Source: Capsulimonadales bacterium
GTDB lineage: Bacteria; Armatimonadota; Armatimonadia; Armatimonadales; Armatimonadaceae
DNA length: 64,000 nucleotides
NCBI GenBank assembly: GCA_033762295.1
Contig: JANRLW010000078.1
Location: forward strand, 1 to 64,000
Direction: 5' to 3'
Both the position numbers and the translations under genes were made by a program. The notes below the pieces were generated by a model that searched no databases, was not told the DNA's origin, and was given only the letters and a program-made list of their open reading frames with translations. Positions 29,940 through 38,685 of this stretch are shown piece after piece (the stretch's first letter is position 1; every line of letters starts with the position of its first letter).

Positions 29940-32900
29940 CTATGCGGGAACCGCGACCGCAGCCTCGGGACCGGTCTCCGGGCCGCCCTCCGTATGCGTT
30001 GCCTTGGCGGTCATCTCCTCCAGATACCGCTCCCGCTCGGTCGCGCTGAGCGTGCGCCAGATCAGGAACTGCTTGCGAAGGGTGTTCAGGAACCGCCGGT
30101 TGACCCGCTTCCAGTTGGAGACGTCGCCGGAAACGCGGGTGAGGGTCAGTTTCAGGTCGAAGACGTCCGGCAGGTCCGTCGGAACGGTCTCCAGCTTGAT
30201 ATGCTGGGAGACGCCCAGGTCGAACGGTGCCAGCCACGCTTTGCAGCCGATCCGGAACGCCTCGCCGTTGTCGGCGGTGAACGTCTCGCGATAGATGCCC
30301 TCGGTGATAAAGTCGCCGACCGAGTACCCTTCGTAGGAAGCGAACCATTCGGCCAGGAAGCCGTTGACGCCGACCGCCTGATCGCCGGTGACCGCGAACG
30401 GCAGACGGATGCGCCAGGTATCGCCCTCGGGATCGGCCACCTGCCACGAACGCTGGATCGCCGGGGTCGCGACCTCCGACGCCTTCTTCGCCGGCCAGAG
30501 CGTCGAAAGCAGAACGACCGCCACGATGATCAGCGTCGATAGAACCGCCGACAGCGACGAGAAGTTGAGCGACAGGCCGATCACGTTTCCGCTGACCTTC
30601 TCATACAGGAACAGTCCCTGAGCGACGGACTGACCCAGAATGTATCCGGAGACCGCGCCGATGATCGCGAAGACGAGCGCTTCGGCCATGAAGAGCGTCC
30701 CGATATGGGTCGGCGAGAGACCGATCGAGGAGAACGTATGGATCTCCTTGACGCGCTCGAAGACCGAGCCGAGCATCGTGTTGAGAACGATCAGGGCGGC
30801 GATCAGGATCGGGATGATGATCGTCTCGAACCCCTTGCTGCTGTTGGACCCGATCGAGGAGAAGCGGTCGATCTTGCCGTTCTGCGATGCGTAGAGGTTC
30901 ATGTCGACGCGCTTCATCAGGTTGTTCTTCAGGTCGGTGAGAACGCCGGCATTGTCCTCGCCGTAACCGATCGCCACCGAACGCAGGTCGCCGCCGAGGT
31001 TGACCATCGTCCGGTACGGGATGAAGAAGATGACATCCGGGTCGAGGTGCAGGTACTGCTGGAAGCCCGACGAGTTATCGGTCTTGCCCTGCCGCTGAAG
31101 CTGCGCCATCTGCACGAAGTCGACCGGGGTCAACGGCTCCTGGTCCAGGTCGGTGATCTGCTTGAAGCGATCCTGGTCGAGTATGCCGATTACCGTATAG
31201 TTTTGACCGGAGAACTGCACCTTCGCACTGCCGACATCGGCATCGGTGATGCGGAGCGAGTCGGCGATCTTGCGCGGCAGGATGATGTGCTGACGGTCGC
31301 CCGGTTCGAACCAGCGTCCGGCGACCAGCGCATCGGCGGCACGCGTCACCTGCGCTTCCTGCGGCGACAGCCCGACCGCGCCCTTCGCCCCGAACTCACG
31401 GTCGGCGCGTTTCAGGGTGAGGAACGTCTGCTCGCCCGGCTGGGTTCCGAGGAACCAGGCACGCGGGGCGACGGTTCGCACCTGCCCGAACTCGTCGTCC
31501 AGTTGCCGGTAGGCGACCTGCTGGAGAGAGTTCCAGTTCGGGTCGCGGAGCAGAATGCCGGCGTAACGCGGCGTCCCCGGCGCGGGTACCTGATTGAACC
31601 GCAGGTTCTGGACGATCGACGTGAACGCCAGCACGGTGAAGGTCAGCATGACCAGGGTGATACAGGTCAGCGTGGTACGCGCCTTACGCCGCCGCATGTT
31701 GGAAACGCCCAGAGCGAACGCCGCCACCGCGATACTGCCCGTTCCGGCGTCCTTGTCGTGCGTTCCCAGATTCTCCCGGGCCTGCTGTTTCAACTGCGCC
31801 TCGAACTTCTGCCAGACCAGGACGGTGACGAGCACCGACAGGGACAGCATGATGAACGACAGCAGGATGATGCCCGGGTTCAGCGAGATCTGGAACGCCG
31901 GATGGATGATGGCGAACACGATGAACACGCCGACGAAGATCAGGGCCGCCGCCAGCAGCTGGCGCTTCAGGTCGGAGAAGCCGAAGAACAGCCGCTCCAG
32001 GAAGTAGGCGAACGGAATCATCAGAGCCAGATAGAAGATGACTCCGTTGACCACGTCCTGCTGGGTCTTGGTAACGTTCGGATAGGCGCGGGACTCATAC
32101 CCCCAGGCGGCGCGCGACCAGGAGTCGAACGTCTCGTAATCGCGCGCGGCGAGAGCGACCTCCGCCTTCTTGATCGCCTCGGCGGCGTTGGCATGGAGTT
32201 CGATCACGCCCTCGTTCTTGATGTTGTTTTTGAGAAGACGCTTGATCCGGAAGTCGTCGAGCGCCCACATGTCCTTGGCGACTTTGAGGGCGGTGTGGAT
32301 GATCGAGGCGGAGCGGGACGAGTCCGTCGCGTTGGGGCCGGTCCCGGCGCCCATGACATACCCCTCGCCCTCCGGGTTCTTCTCGGTCGAGTTGATGAGC
32401 AGGAAGCGGGTCGCCGCCGGTCCCGCGCCCATCAGGATCTTGAACTGGCGCAGTTTGTTGGTCGATCCGGCGCCACCCCCACCCTGGCCTTCCCCCTGGG
32501 AAGCGGGAGAACCGGGGTTCTGATCGCCGTACTCATTGCCACGCCGGGCGAAGATCAGAGCGGCGTCCTCGACATAGGAGACGCCCGGTTCCGGCCGGGG
32601 AAGCGTGTAGCCGTACTGTCGCGGTTCGCCGTTCGAGACGCCGTCGAAGATGGTCAGTGTGGAAAGGGTGCGCAACGCCTGCTGGTCGACCAGATCGTAG
32701 ATGGCCGTGGCGACACAGGGGAAGACGACGACGGTCACGTCCTTGCGCCCGGTGGTGATACTGATATCGCTCGGATAGTCCGCGCCGGAGACCCCCTTGT
32801 CGGGCGCGAAATCGATGTCCCCGGTTTCGGGATCGAGATGGTACGCGCCGACCGAATGGTTGGTGTTATCGACGGTGCGGGTCGGGACGCCGACAAACTT

Positions 32901-34706
32901 GAAGTTGGTGGCGTTATCACTTTTGCCGTCGCCGTTGTTGACGTACTGCACCCAGTATCCGCGAACGCCGAGGAACGATTTCTGACCGGGGCGGGTTCCC
33001 GCGCCGGGGGTCAGGGAAGGATAAACGGCCAGGGCGTCCGGCACCGGGTCGTTCGGCACCAGTGACTTGCGCGGATTATACTCCCGGACGCGCCCGACGA
33101 CGGTGGCGAACCCGTTTCGCAGTCCCATCCGGGTCCACTGCGACGGCTTGTAAATCGGTACGGCCTTTCCCGGCGGCGAGTTGGGATCGTTGGGATCGTT
33201 GAGATAATGCTGAAACAGACAGAGGAACGTCTGCATCTGCTGGGAAAGGTTGGCGATATTCACCCGCTCGAAGGTATCGAACGGCGTATCGACCAGGTTA
33301 CGGGCGTCGTCGATGGTGGCGAAGGTCACGCCGTAGCCGCCCGCCATGCCGACCGCCTCGGAGTCGAATGCCGGCTTGCCGGGGATAAAGTTGCGCCAGG
33401 ATTTTCCATCGACCGGGTTGACGCCGTCCTGAAACCGCTTCTTCGCCTCATAGCCGAAGACCTCGGCGACCTTGTCGTTGTTTTCGCGGGCGGCGCGGGC
33501 GATGTCCGAGAAATCTTTTTGCGTATCTTCGCGAACGTCGAAGTACCAGCCTTTGTAGAACACCCCCATCGTGTTGCTCTGCGTGGCGAAGTCCAGGCCG
33601 ACCCAGAGGTAGATCGGGTCCTTGATCTCCTTTTCCGGGCCGAAGACCAGGCCGAAGAGTCCGGTATGCAGAAGTTTTTCGAAGGGACCGGGCACCTGCC
33701 ACTCATCGATATGGTTGTTCACATATTCGCGGACGCCCTGCAATCCGAGAAAGTGACCGGAGGTGGCGAGGAACCAGATGGTCCGTTCGTGGCCGATCTT
33801 CTTGAACGTGCGCGCGGTCTGCAGAAGTCCCGCCAGGCCGGTGGCGCTCTCGGCCGAGGGGGCCAGAGCGGGTACGATCGACATGCCGTCGTAGTACGCC
33901 TGAACGACGATCACCTGTCGGGCGATCTTGGGGTCCTTGCTCTGTCCGGGCAACACCCCGATAAAGTTTTTGGACGTCACCTTCTCCCATTTCATGTTCG
34001 CGGTGAGATGGGCCATGACGTTCTTGCGGCCGAGAGCCAGAGCCTGGAGAGCGGCGGCGTCGGAGCGTTTGATGAAGAAGCGCGGGATGGAGATGGGAAC
34101 CCCGATGAACTTGGCTTCGGCCTCGCCGCGCATGGTGCGATCCGGTTCGATGAAGATAACCGCCTTCGCGCCGAGTCGGGGAGCGTTCATCCATTCGAGA
34201 CCGCAGTTAAAGTCGAGCAGGACGACGCTGCCGGTGATGTCCTTGCCGTTGAACGACGAGAGGGAGCCATCCCCGGCGTAGATCAGCGGACCGTCCAGAC
34301 CCTCGGGCGGCAGTTGCGAGGTGCGGATGACATTCGGCCAGAGCGAGTAGAGCGTGTACTGCCGGCCGTTGGCGGAAAGGGTCGCGCCGCGGTCGACCGG
34401 AGTCGTGGCTTCGAACTCCTCGGTTTTAACGTTCGCCGCCCCGAAAAGCTCGTCAAACTGCGCTTTGACATACTCGGCGGCCTTGCGTTCGCCCGGATAT
34501 CCGACGACCCGGGAACCACCGGTCGCCAGAGTCCGGACGGTCGCAGCCATCGCATCGGCATCGATGGTGGCGGAGATATCTCGGTATTTCGCGGCCAGAG
34601 TCTCATCCACTGCCGGTCGCGCGACCGTCGCCAGCGTGAGCAGACAGATCAGGGACAGAAAGCAACCGCGAAGCGTTGGAATCATCATCTTTGTTCGTTT
34701 TCGCAT
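29940..34706 (-). CDS. Giant FtsX-like permease fused to a PA/M28-like extracellular domain
   Basis: 1588 aa; signal peptide, PA domain, degenerate M28 motifs, central TM block, C-terminal VLNTMLGSVFERVKEI FtsX motif. Confidence 0.88.
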   Translation of the reverse strand: MRKRTKMMIPTLRGCFLSLICLLTLATVARPAVDETLAAKYRDISATIDADAMAATVRTLATGGSRVVGYPGERKAAEYVKAQFDELFGAANVKTEEFEATTPVDRGATLSANGRQYTLYSLWPNVIRTSQLPPEGLDGPLIYAGDGSLSSFNGKDITGSVVLLDFNCGLEWMNAPRLGAKAVIFIEPDRTMRGEAEAKFIGVPISIPRFFIKRSDAAALQALALGRKNVMAHLTANMKWEKVTSKNFIGVLPGQSKDPKIARQVIVVQAYYDGMSIVPALAPSAESATGLAGLLQTARTFKKIGHERTIWFLATSGHFLGLQGVREYVNNHIDEWQVPGPFEKLLHTGLFGLVFGPEKEIKDPIYLWVGLDFATQSNTMGVFYKGWYFDVREDTQKDFSDIARAARENNDKVAEVFGYEAKKRFQDGVNPVDGKSWRNFIPGKPAFDSEAVGMAGGYGVTFATIDDARNLVDTPFDTFERVNIANLSQQMQTFLCLFQHYLNDPNDPNSPPGKAVPIYKPSQWTRMGLRNGFATVVGRVREYNPRKSLVPNDPVPDALAVYPSLTPGAGTRPGQKSFLGVRGYWVQYVNNGDGKSDNATNFKFVGVPTRTVDNTNHSVGAYHLDPETGDIDFAPDKGVSGADYPSDISITTGRKDVTVVVFPCVATAIYDLVDQQALRTLSTLTIFDGVSNGEPRQYGYTLPRPEPGVSYVEDAALIFARRGNEYGDQNPGSPASQGEGQGGGGAGSTNKLRQFKILMGAGPAATRFLLINSTEKNPEGEGYVMGAGTGPNATDSSRSASIIHTALKVAKDMWALDDFRIKRLLKNNIKNEGVIELHANAAEAIKKAEVALAARDYETFDSWSRAAWGYESRAYPNVTKTQQDVVNGVIFYLALMIPFAYFLERLFFGFSDLKRQLLAAALIFVGVFIVFAIIHPAFQISLNPGIILLSFIMLSLSVLVTVLVWQKFEAQLKQQARENLGTHDKDAGTGSIAVAAFALGVSNMRRRKARTTLTCITLVMLTFTVLAFTSIVQNLRFNQVPAPGTPRYAGILLRDPNWNSLQQVAYRQLDDEFGQVRTVAPRAWFLGTQPGEQTFLTLKRADREFGAKGAVGLSPQEAQVTRAADALVAGRWFEPGDRQHIILPRKIADSLRITDADVGSAKVQFSGQNYTVIGILDQDRFKQITDLDQEPLTPVDFVQMAQLQRQGKTDNSSGFQQYLHLDPDVIFFIPYRTMVNLGGDLRSVAIGYGEDNAGVLTDLKNNLMKRVDMNLYASQNGKIDRFSSIGSNSSKGFETIIIPILIAALIVLNTMLGSVFERVKEIHTFSSIGLSPTHIGTLFMAEALVFAIIGAVSGYILGQSVAQGLFLYEKVSGNVIGLSLNFSSLSAVLSTLIIVAVVLLSTLWPAKKASEVATPAIQRSWQVADPEGDTWRIRLPFAVTGDQAVGVNGFLAEWFASYEGYSVGDFITEGIYRETFTADNGEAFRIGCKAWLAPFDLGVSQHIKLETVPTDLPDVFDLKLTLTRVSGDVSNWKRVNRRFLNTLRKQFLIWRTLSATERERYLEEMTAKATHTEGGPETGPEAAVAVPA

Positions 34707-34865
34707 TCACCGCCAGGGAAGCGCAGTGTCAACCACGGTGTTTTTTGGAACGTTGAGAGAAAAGGAGCCTCAACGCCGGGCATGCCGCGCCGCTGCTTTG
34801 CACGCCGACATCCGAAGGTGGTGAGGTCATTGTAACATATTTAACACATATAAGGCAACAGGAGA

Positions 34866-35924
34866 TCACGTTCCCGGCCCGCGGACGGGCGCGGTCGACG
34901 CGCGAACGATCACGCGGGAGCGGATGACCCGACGGCGCGGGGGACCAACATAGCGCCGTTCCAGGCGGTCGCGCAGCAGTTCGAGCGCGGTTTCGACGAT
35001 CAGCGATTCGAAGCGGGTGACCGTGGTGAGAGGCGTCGCCAGGTACGGACAGAAGTTCTCGTTGTCGTGCCCGATCACCGAAACGTCCTCCGGGACCCGT
35101 ACCCCGGCGTCCGTGACGCGTCGAATGAACCCGGCCGCCTTCCGGTCGTTGAACAGCGACATCGCCGCCGGCCGGTCCGCCTGAGCGAGCCACGCCTCCG
35201 CCGTCGCCGTCCCGTCCTCGAAATCGTGCCAGTCGCCGCTCGGATAAAAGCGGAGATGCCGCTCCGGATCGAGACCGCAGGCCGTCAGCGCGCGAAAGAC
35301 CCCCTGCGCATGCAGACCGTGCGGCCACTCGTCGAGGCCCACTCCGATGAAACGATGGCCCAGTTCCAGCAGATGACGCATCGCCAGTTCGGCGTGTTCG
35401 ATCTCGTCAAAGACCACACTGTCACACGGGACGTCGCGGTCGTCATCGAAGCTGACGACGATCCCCCCGGCCTCGATATACTCGGTCAGGGCCGCCTCCA
35501 GCGCGGGCGGGTCCTTCCACTCCGTCGCCCAGAGCAGGGCCGCCGGCTGCAATCGAAGAAACCCGTTCACCGCCTCCGCCAGACGCTCCTGATGCGCCGC
35601 CGAAACAAACGCGAGTTCGTACTCGGTCTCCGCCAGGGCGCAATGCAACTGGGTGTACTGCCGTTCCCGGATGTGATAGCCGGAGAAGCGTTTGCTCACC
35701 AGGCCGATCAGGTTTCCGGCGCGGCGGTTCACCAGTCGCCGGGCGAAAACGTTCGGCTGATACCCCAGCCGGGCGGCCTCCTGACGAACGGCTTCGCGGG
35801 TGGCCGGAGCCACCCGAACGTTCGGACGATCCTTCAACGCATCCGCGACCGTCGTCACCGAAAGGTTCATCCGCTCGGCGATGTCTCGAAGCGTAATATT
35901 CCGCCCGACCCGATCCTTCTCCAC
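34866..35924 (-). CDS. LacI family transcriptional regulator
   Basis: ITLRDIAERMNLSVTTVADAL, LGYQPNVFARRL, VPEDVSVIGHD, PLTTV; GTG at 35924. Confidence 0.93.
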   Translation of the reverse strand: MEKDRVGRNITLRDIAERMNLSVTTVADALKDRPNVRVAPATREAVRQEAARLGYQPNVFARRLVNRRAGNLIGLVSKRFSGYHIRERQYTQLHCALAETEYELAFVSAAHQERLAEAVNGFLRLQPAALLWATEWKDPPALEAALTEYIEAGGIVVSFDDDRDVPCDSVVFDEIEHAELAMRHLLELGHRFIGVGLDEWPHGLHAQGVFRALTACGLDPERHLRFYPSGDWHDFEDGTATAEAWLAQADRPAAMSLFNDRKAAGFIRRVTDAGVRVPEDVSVIGHDNENFCPYLATPLTTVTRFESLIVETALELLRDRLERRYVGPPRRRVIRSRVIVRASTAPVRGPGT

Positions 35925-35941
35925 AAAACCTACTATACCGC

Positions 35942-35970
35942 TTGACAAGCTCAATCCCCTATGCCAGAAT
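35942..35970 (+). promoter_or_regulatory. Sigma70-type promoter of the dioxygenase gene
   Basis: TTGACA-17 nt-CAGAAT with TG extension. Confidence 0.75.
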
Positions 35971-35972
35971 GT

Positions 35973-35984
35973 CGTAACGTTACG
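35973..35984. promoter_or_regulatory. LacI-type operator palindrome
   Basis: Perfect CGTAACGTTACG with central CG, over the predicted +1, adjacent to the LacI gene. Confidence 0.8.
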
Positions 35985-36097
35985 GCAACGGTGCGGTATC
36001 GTCGGAGCATCCCACCGGCGACGGGGAAGGGCCGGACCGCAGTCCCCTGATGTCGACCGGATGTCGACTTGATTTCGAGAGAAAAGAGGAAAAGGTT

Positions 36098-36985
36098 TTG
36101 AATTTTATCGATGTTTCTCCGGCAGAGGTACAGGCCGGACAAATGGCTCCGGAAACCCTGGCCGCCGCGCTTTCGTCCCTGCGCACGGACGGTTTCGTCG
36201 TGCTGAACGACATCGTCGATCGGGAGCACCTGCGGCAAATACGCGAGCGGATGTTCGCCGATATTCCGCAGATCCTCACGCGCTCGGACGCACCGTTCAA
36301 CTGGATTACCGGCAATCTGCAGCAGACCGCCCCGCCCTTCCCGCCTTACCTGTTCCGGGATATCCTGGTGAACGACCCGGTCATTCAACTGACCCGCGCG
36401 GCCACGGGCCGACGGATGGTCTGCGACATGTACAGCGGCAATACGGCGATGCCCGGCGAGCAGCGGCAGCCGGTCCATTTCGACTTCGGCCCGCTCTGGC
36501 CGGGGCAGGCTTTCGACCATCCGCCGCACGGGTTCGTCATCAATATCCCGGTGGTCGACATGAGCCCGGAGAACGGTGCGATCGAACTCTGGCCGAAAAG
36601 CCACCTCGCCCCGATCCCGCACGGACTGGAGGGCATCACCCTGACCGAAAAGATGCTGGCCGAACAGCGTTCGATCGCCGCGCCGCTTCAGCCGTCCGCC
36701 CGTCTGGGCAGCGTTCTGATCCGTGATTCGCGCCTCTGGCACGCCGGAATGCCGAACCGGACGGAAACGCCCCGCCCGATGATCGCCCTGACCCACTGGA
36801 TCGAATGGTTCCGGGCGAACGGAGCCGTGACCCTCCCGCGCGGAACCGAGGAGTACGTCCGCCATCCCGACCTGACATTCCGGGCGCGTTTCACCGACGA
36901 GCCGATCGATCATATCCGGCATGGCGACGCCTACGATTTTCGCCCCGAGGATGAGGGCGTGGATGTCGTCGGCGAACAGGTCTGA
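36098..36985 (+). CDS. Phytanoyl-CoA dioxygenase (PhyH) family Fe/2OG enzyme
   Basis: QPVHFD, ENGAIELWPKSH, RLWHAGMPN...R; TTG start after GAGGAAAAGG. Confidence 0.9.
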   Translation: MNFIDVSPAEVQAGQMAPETLAAALSSLRTDGFVVLNDIVDREHLRQIRERMFADIPQILTRSDAPFNWITGNLQQTAPPFPPYLFRDILVNDPVIQLTRAATGRRMVCDMYSGNTAMPGEQRQPVHFDFGPLWPGQAFDHPPHGFVINIPVVDMSPENGAIELWPKSHLAPIPHGLEGITLTEKMLAEQRSIAAPLQPSARLGSVLIRDSRLWHAGMPNRTETPRPMIALTHWIEWFRANGAVTLPRGTEEYVRHPDLTFRARFTDEPIDHIRHGDAYDFRPEDEGVDVVGEQV

Positions 36986-37020
36986 CAAGATCCTCCCGTG
37001 ACGGGGAAATCACAGGCAGA

Positions 37021-37452
37021 TCACAGGGGACGGGTCATTCGGCGATGCGGAATGCCGGCGTCGTCGAACTCCGGCCCCTCGGCGACAAAACCGAGTTTCT
37101 CGTAGAACGGGAGGGCGTAGGTCTGGGCGTCGAGCGCCGCGACGGTGAAACGACGCTCACGGGCGATCTCCAGGATATGGCGCATCAGTATCGCACCGAA
37201 CCCTTTGCCCCGGAACGGCTTCAGGATCGCCACCCGCCCGATCTTTGCGATCCCGTTCCCCCGATCCGTGATCCGCGCCGTGCCGAAGGCGGTATCGCCG
37301 TCCTCCAGCAGCAGATGGATCGCCTCGGCGTCGTACTCGTCCGGTTCGAGTTCGGCAGGGACGTTCTGTTCGTCCACGAAGACCGCAAAGCGGATCGCCA
37401 TCGCTTTCGCCCGGTCGGCATCGGTTTCACAGAGGCGGATCATCATGGACAC
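37021..37452 (-). CDS. GNAT acetyltransferase (ElaA/YjcF-like)
   Basis: IRFAVFVDEQ, KIGRVA, RGKGFG, FYEKLGF, AGIPH. Confidence 0.92.
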   Translation of the reverse strand: MSMMIRLCETDADRAKAMAIRFAVFVDEQNVPAELEPDEYDAEAIHLLLEDGDTAFGTARITDRGNGIAKIGRVAILKPFRGKGFGAILMRHILEIARERRFTVAALDAQTYALPFYEKLGFVAEGPEFDDAGIPHRRMTRPL

Positions 37453-38147
37453 TACCGGATGGACAGGATTTTATGGGTCTGAAGGGAGAGGCGCAGGCGA
37501 TCGGGGTGCGCCCGCACGGCGTCGATACAGAGGCCAACCGCGTCCGGGTTAAGCGCGTTCGGCTGAATAAAGAGCGTCGGTCCCCCCGGACGACCGGCGG
37601 TCGGATTCGCCAGGGCACGCTCCAGGTCCTCCGGCCCGTCGATCACATACTTGAACTCCGTCGCGTGATCCAGGTACCAGGGGTGCAGATGCCCGCCCTC
37701 CGACTCCTTCGGCGAAACGGTCACATGATCCAGTCCCCAGTCCGGGCGCGGATGCATGCCGTTGGTTTCGACCTGGAGTTTGAGGCCCGCCGCATGGAGA
37801 GCGTCGCAGAGCGGTTGCAACTGGTACAGGGTCGGTTCCCCGCCCGTCAGGCAGACCCAGGAACCGCCGAAGGCAAGAACCTCCTCGACAATCGCCTCGA
37901 CCGTCATCTCACGACGCACCCGGAAGTCGGTGTCACAGAAAGAGCAGGCCAGACTGCATCCGGCCACACGCACGAACACGGTCGCCTGACCGACACGCCC
38001 TCCCTCGCCCTGCAGCGAATAGAAGATTTCAACGATCGGAATCCGCCCCTTACGGAGAACGGCGACCGCCTCCTTCGTGGCGGCCCGCGGATCGGGCGTC
38101 TGCCCACGGTAGACTTTCAACGGAACGGCGACGGAAGTAACGCTCAC
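37452..38147 (-). CDS. queE: 7-carboxy-7-deazaguanine synthase (radical SAM)
   Basis: EIFYSLQGEG, CSLACSFCDT, LTGGEP, ETNG, VSPK, RLSLQTHK. Confidence 0.93.
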   Translation of the reverse strand: MSVTSVAVPLKVYRGQTPDPRAATKEAVAVLRKGRIPIVEIFYSLQGEGGRVGQATVFVRVAGCSLACSFCDTDFRVRREMTVEAIVEEVLAFGGSWVCLTGGEPTLYQLQPLCDALHAAGLKLQVETNGMHPRPDWGLDHVTVSPKESEGGHLHPWYLDHATEFKYVIDGPEDLERALANPTAGRPGGPTLFIQPNALNPDAVGLCIDAVRAHPDRLRLSLQTHKILSIR

Positions 38148-38185
38148 ACGGTCATTTTATCGCATCCGCCCGGCATAATAAGGAT

Positions 38186-38632
38186 ATGCAACCGCTCGTT
38201 CTCTCCTTCGAGATTCATACGTTCGACATCGACTTTTCCGGACACGTCAGCAATATCACCTACATCCGCTGGATGGAAGTGACACGTCTCAAACTGGTGG
38301 AAGCGGCGGGTCTCTCGGTGCGGGAGATGGCCGACCGACGCGGCGTGATCCCGGTGCTGATGGAGACGCAGATCAGTTACAAAAAAGCCCTCTATTTTGG
38401 CGAGACCGTCCGGGCCGAGGCGCGGATCATCGAACTCAAACCGGCGTCGGCCTGGGTGGAATACCGATTCTTCAACGGCAACGGCGACCTGGCGGCGGTC
38501 GGTCGTCAGAAAGGAATCTATCTCCATAAGGAGACGCTGCGCCCCTATCGCATGACCGCCGAGGACCGCGCCCTCCTCACCCCGTTTTATTTCCCTGCGG
38601 CGTCCGTCGAGTCGTCCCCGTCGGCGATCTGA
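38186..38632 (+). CDS. Acyl-CoA thioesterase (4HBT/YbgC hotdog)
   Basis: DIDFSGHVSNITYIRWME. Confidence 0.9.
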   Translation: MQPLVLSFEIHTFDIDFSGHVSNITYIRWMEVTRLKLVEAAGLSVREMADRRGVIPVLMETQISYKKALYFGETVRAEARIIELKPASAWVEYRFFNGNGDLAAVGRQKGIYLHKETLRPYRMTAEDRALLTPFYFPAASVESSPSAI

Positions 38633-38685
38633 GCGTCGGCGAATCGTCCGCAGGAATTCGGTCCGACGGCGACCAATGGAGAGAT

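Noticed and set aside
28040..34835. Long plus-strand ORFs (627, 786, 542 aa)
   Set aside because: Antisense shadows of GC-rich minus-strand genes with no recognisable motifs.
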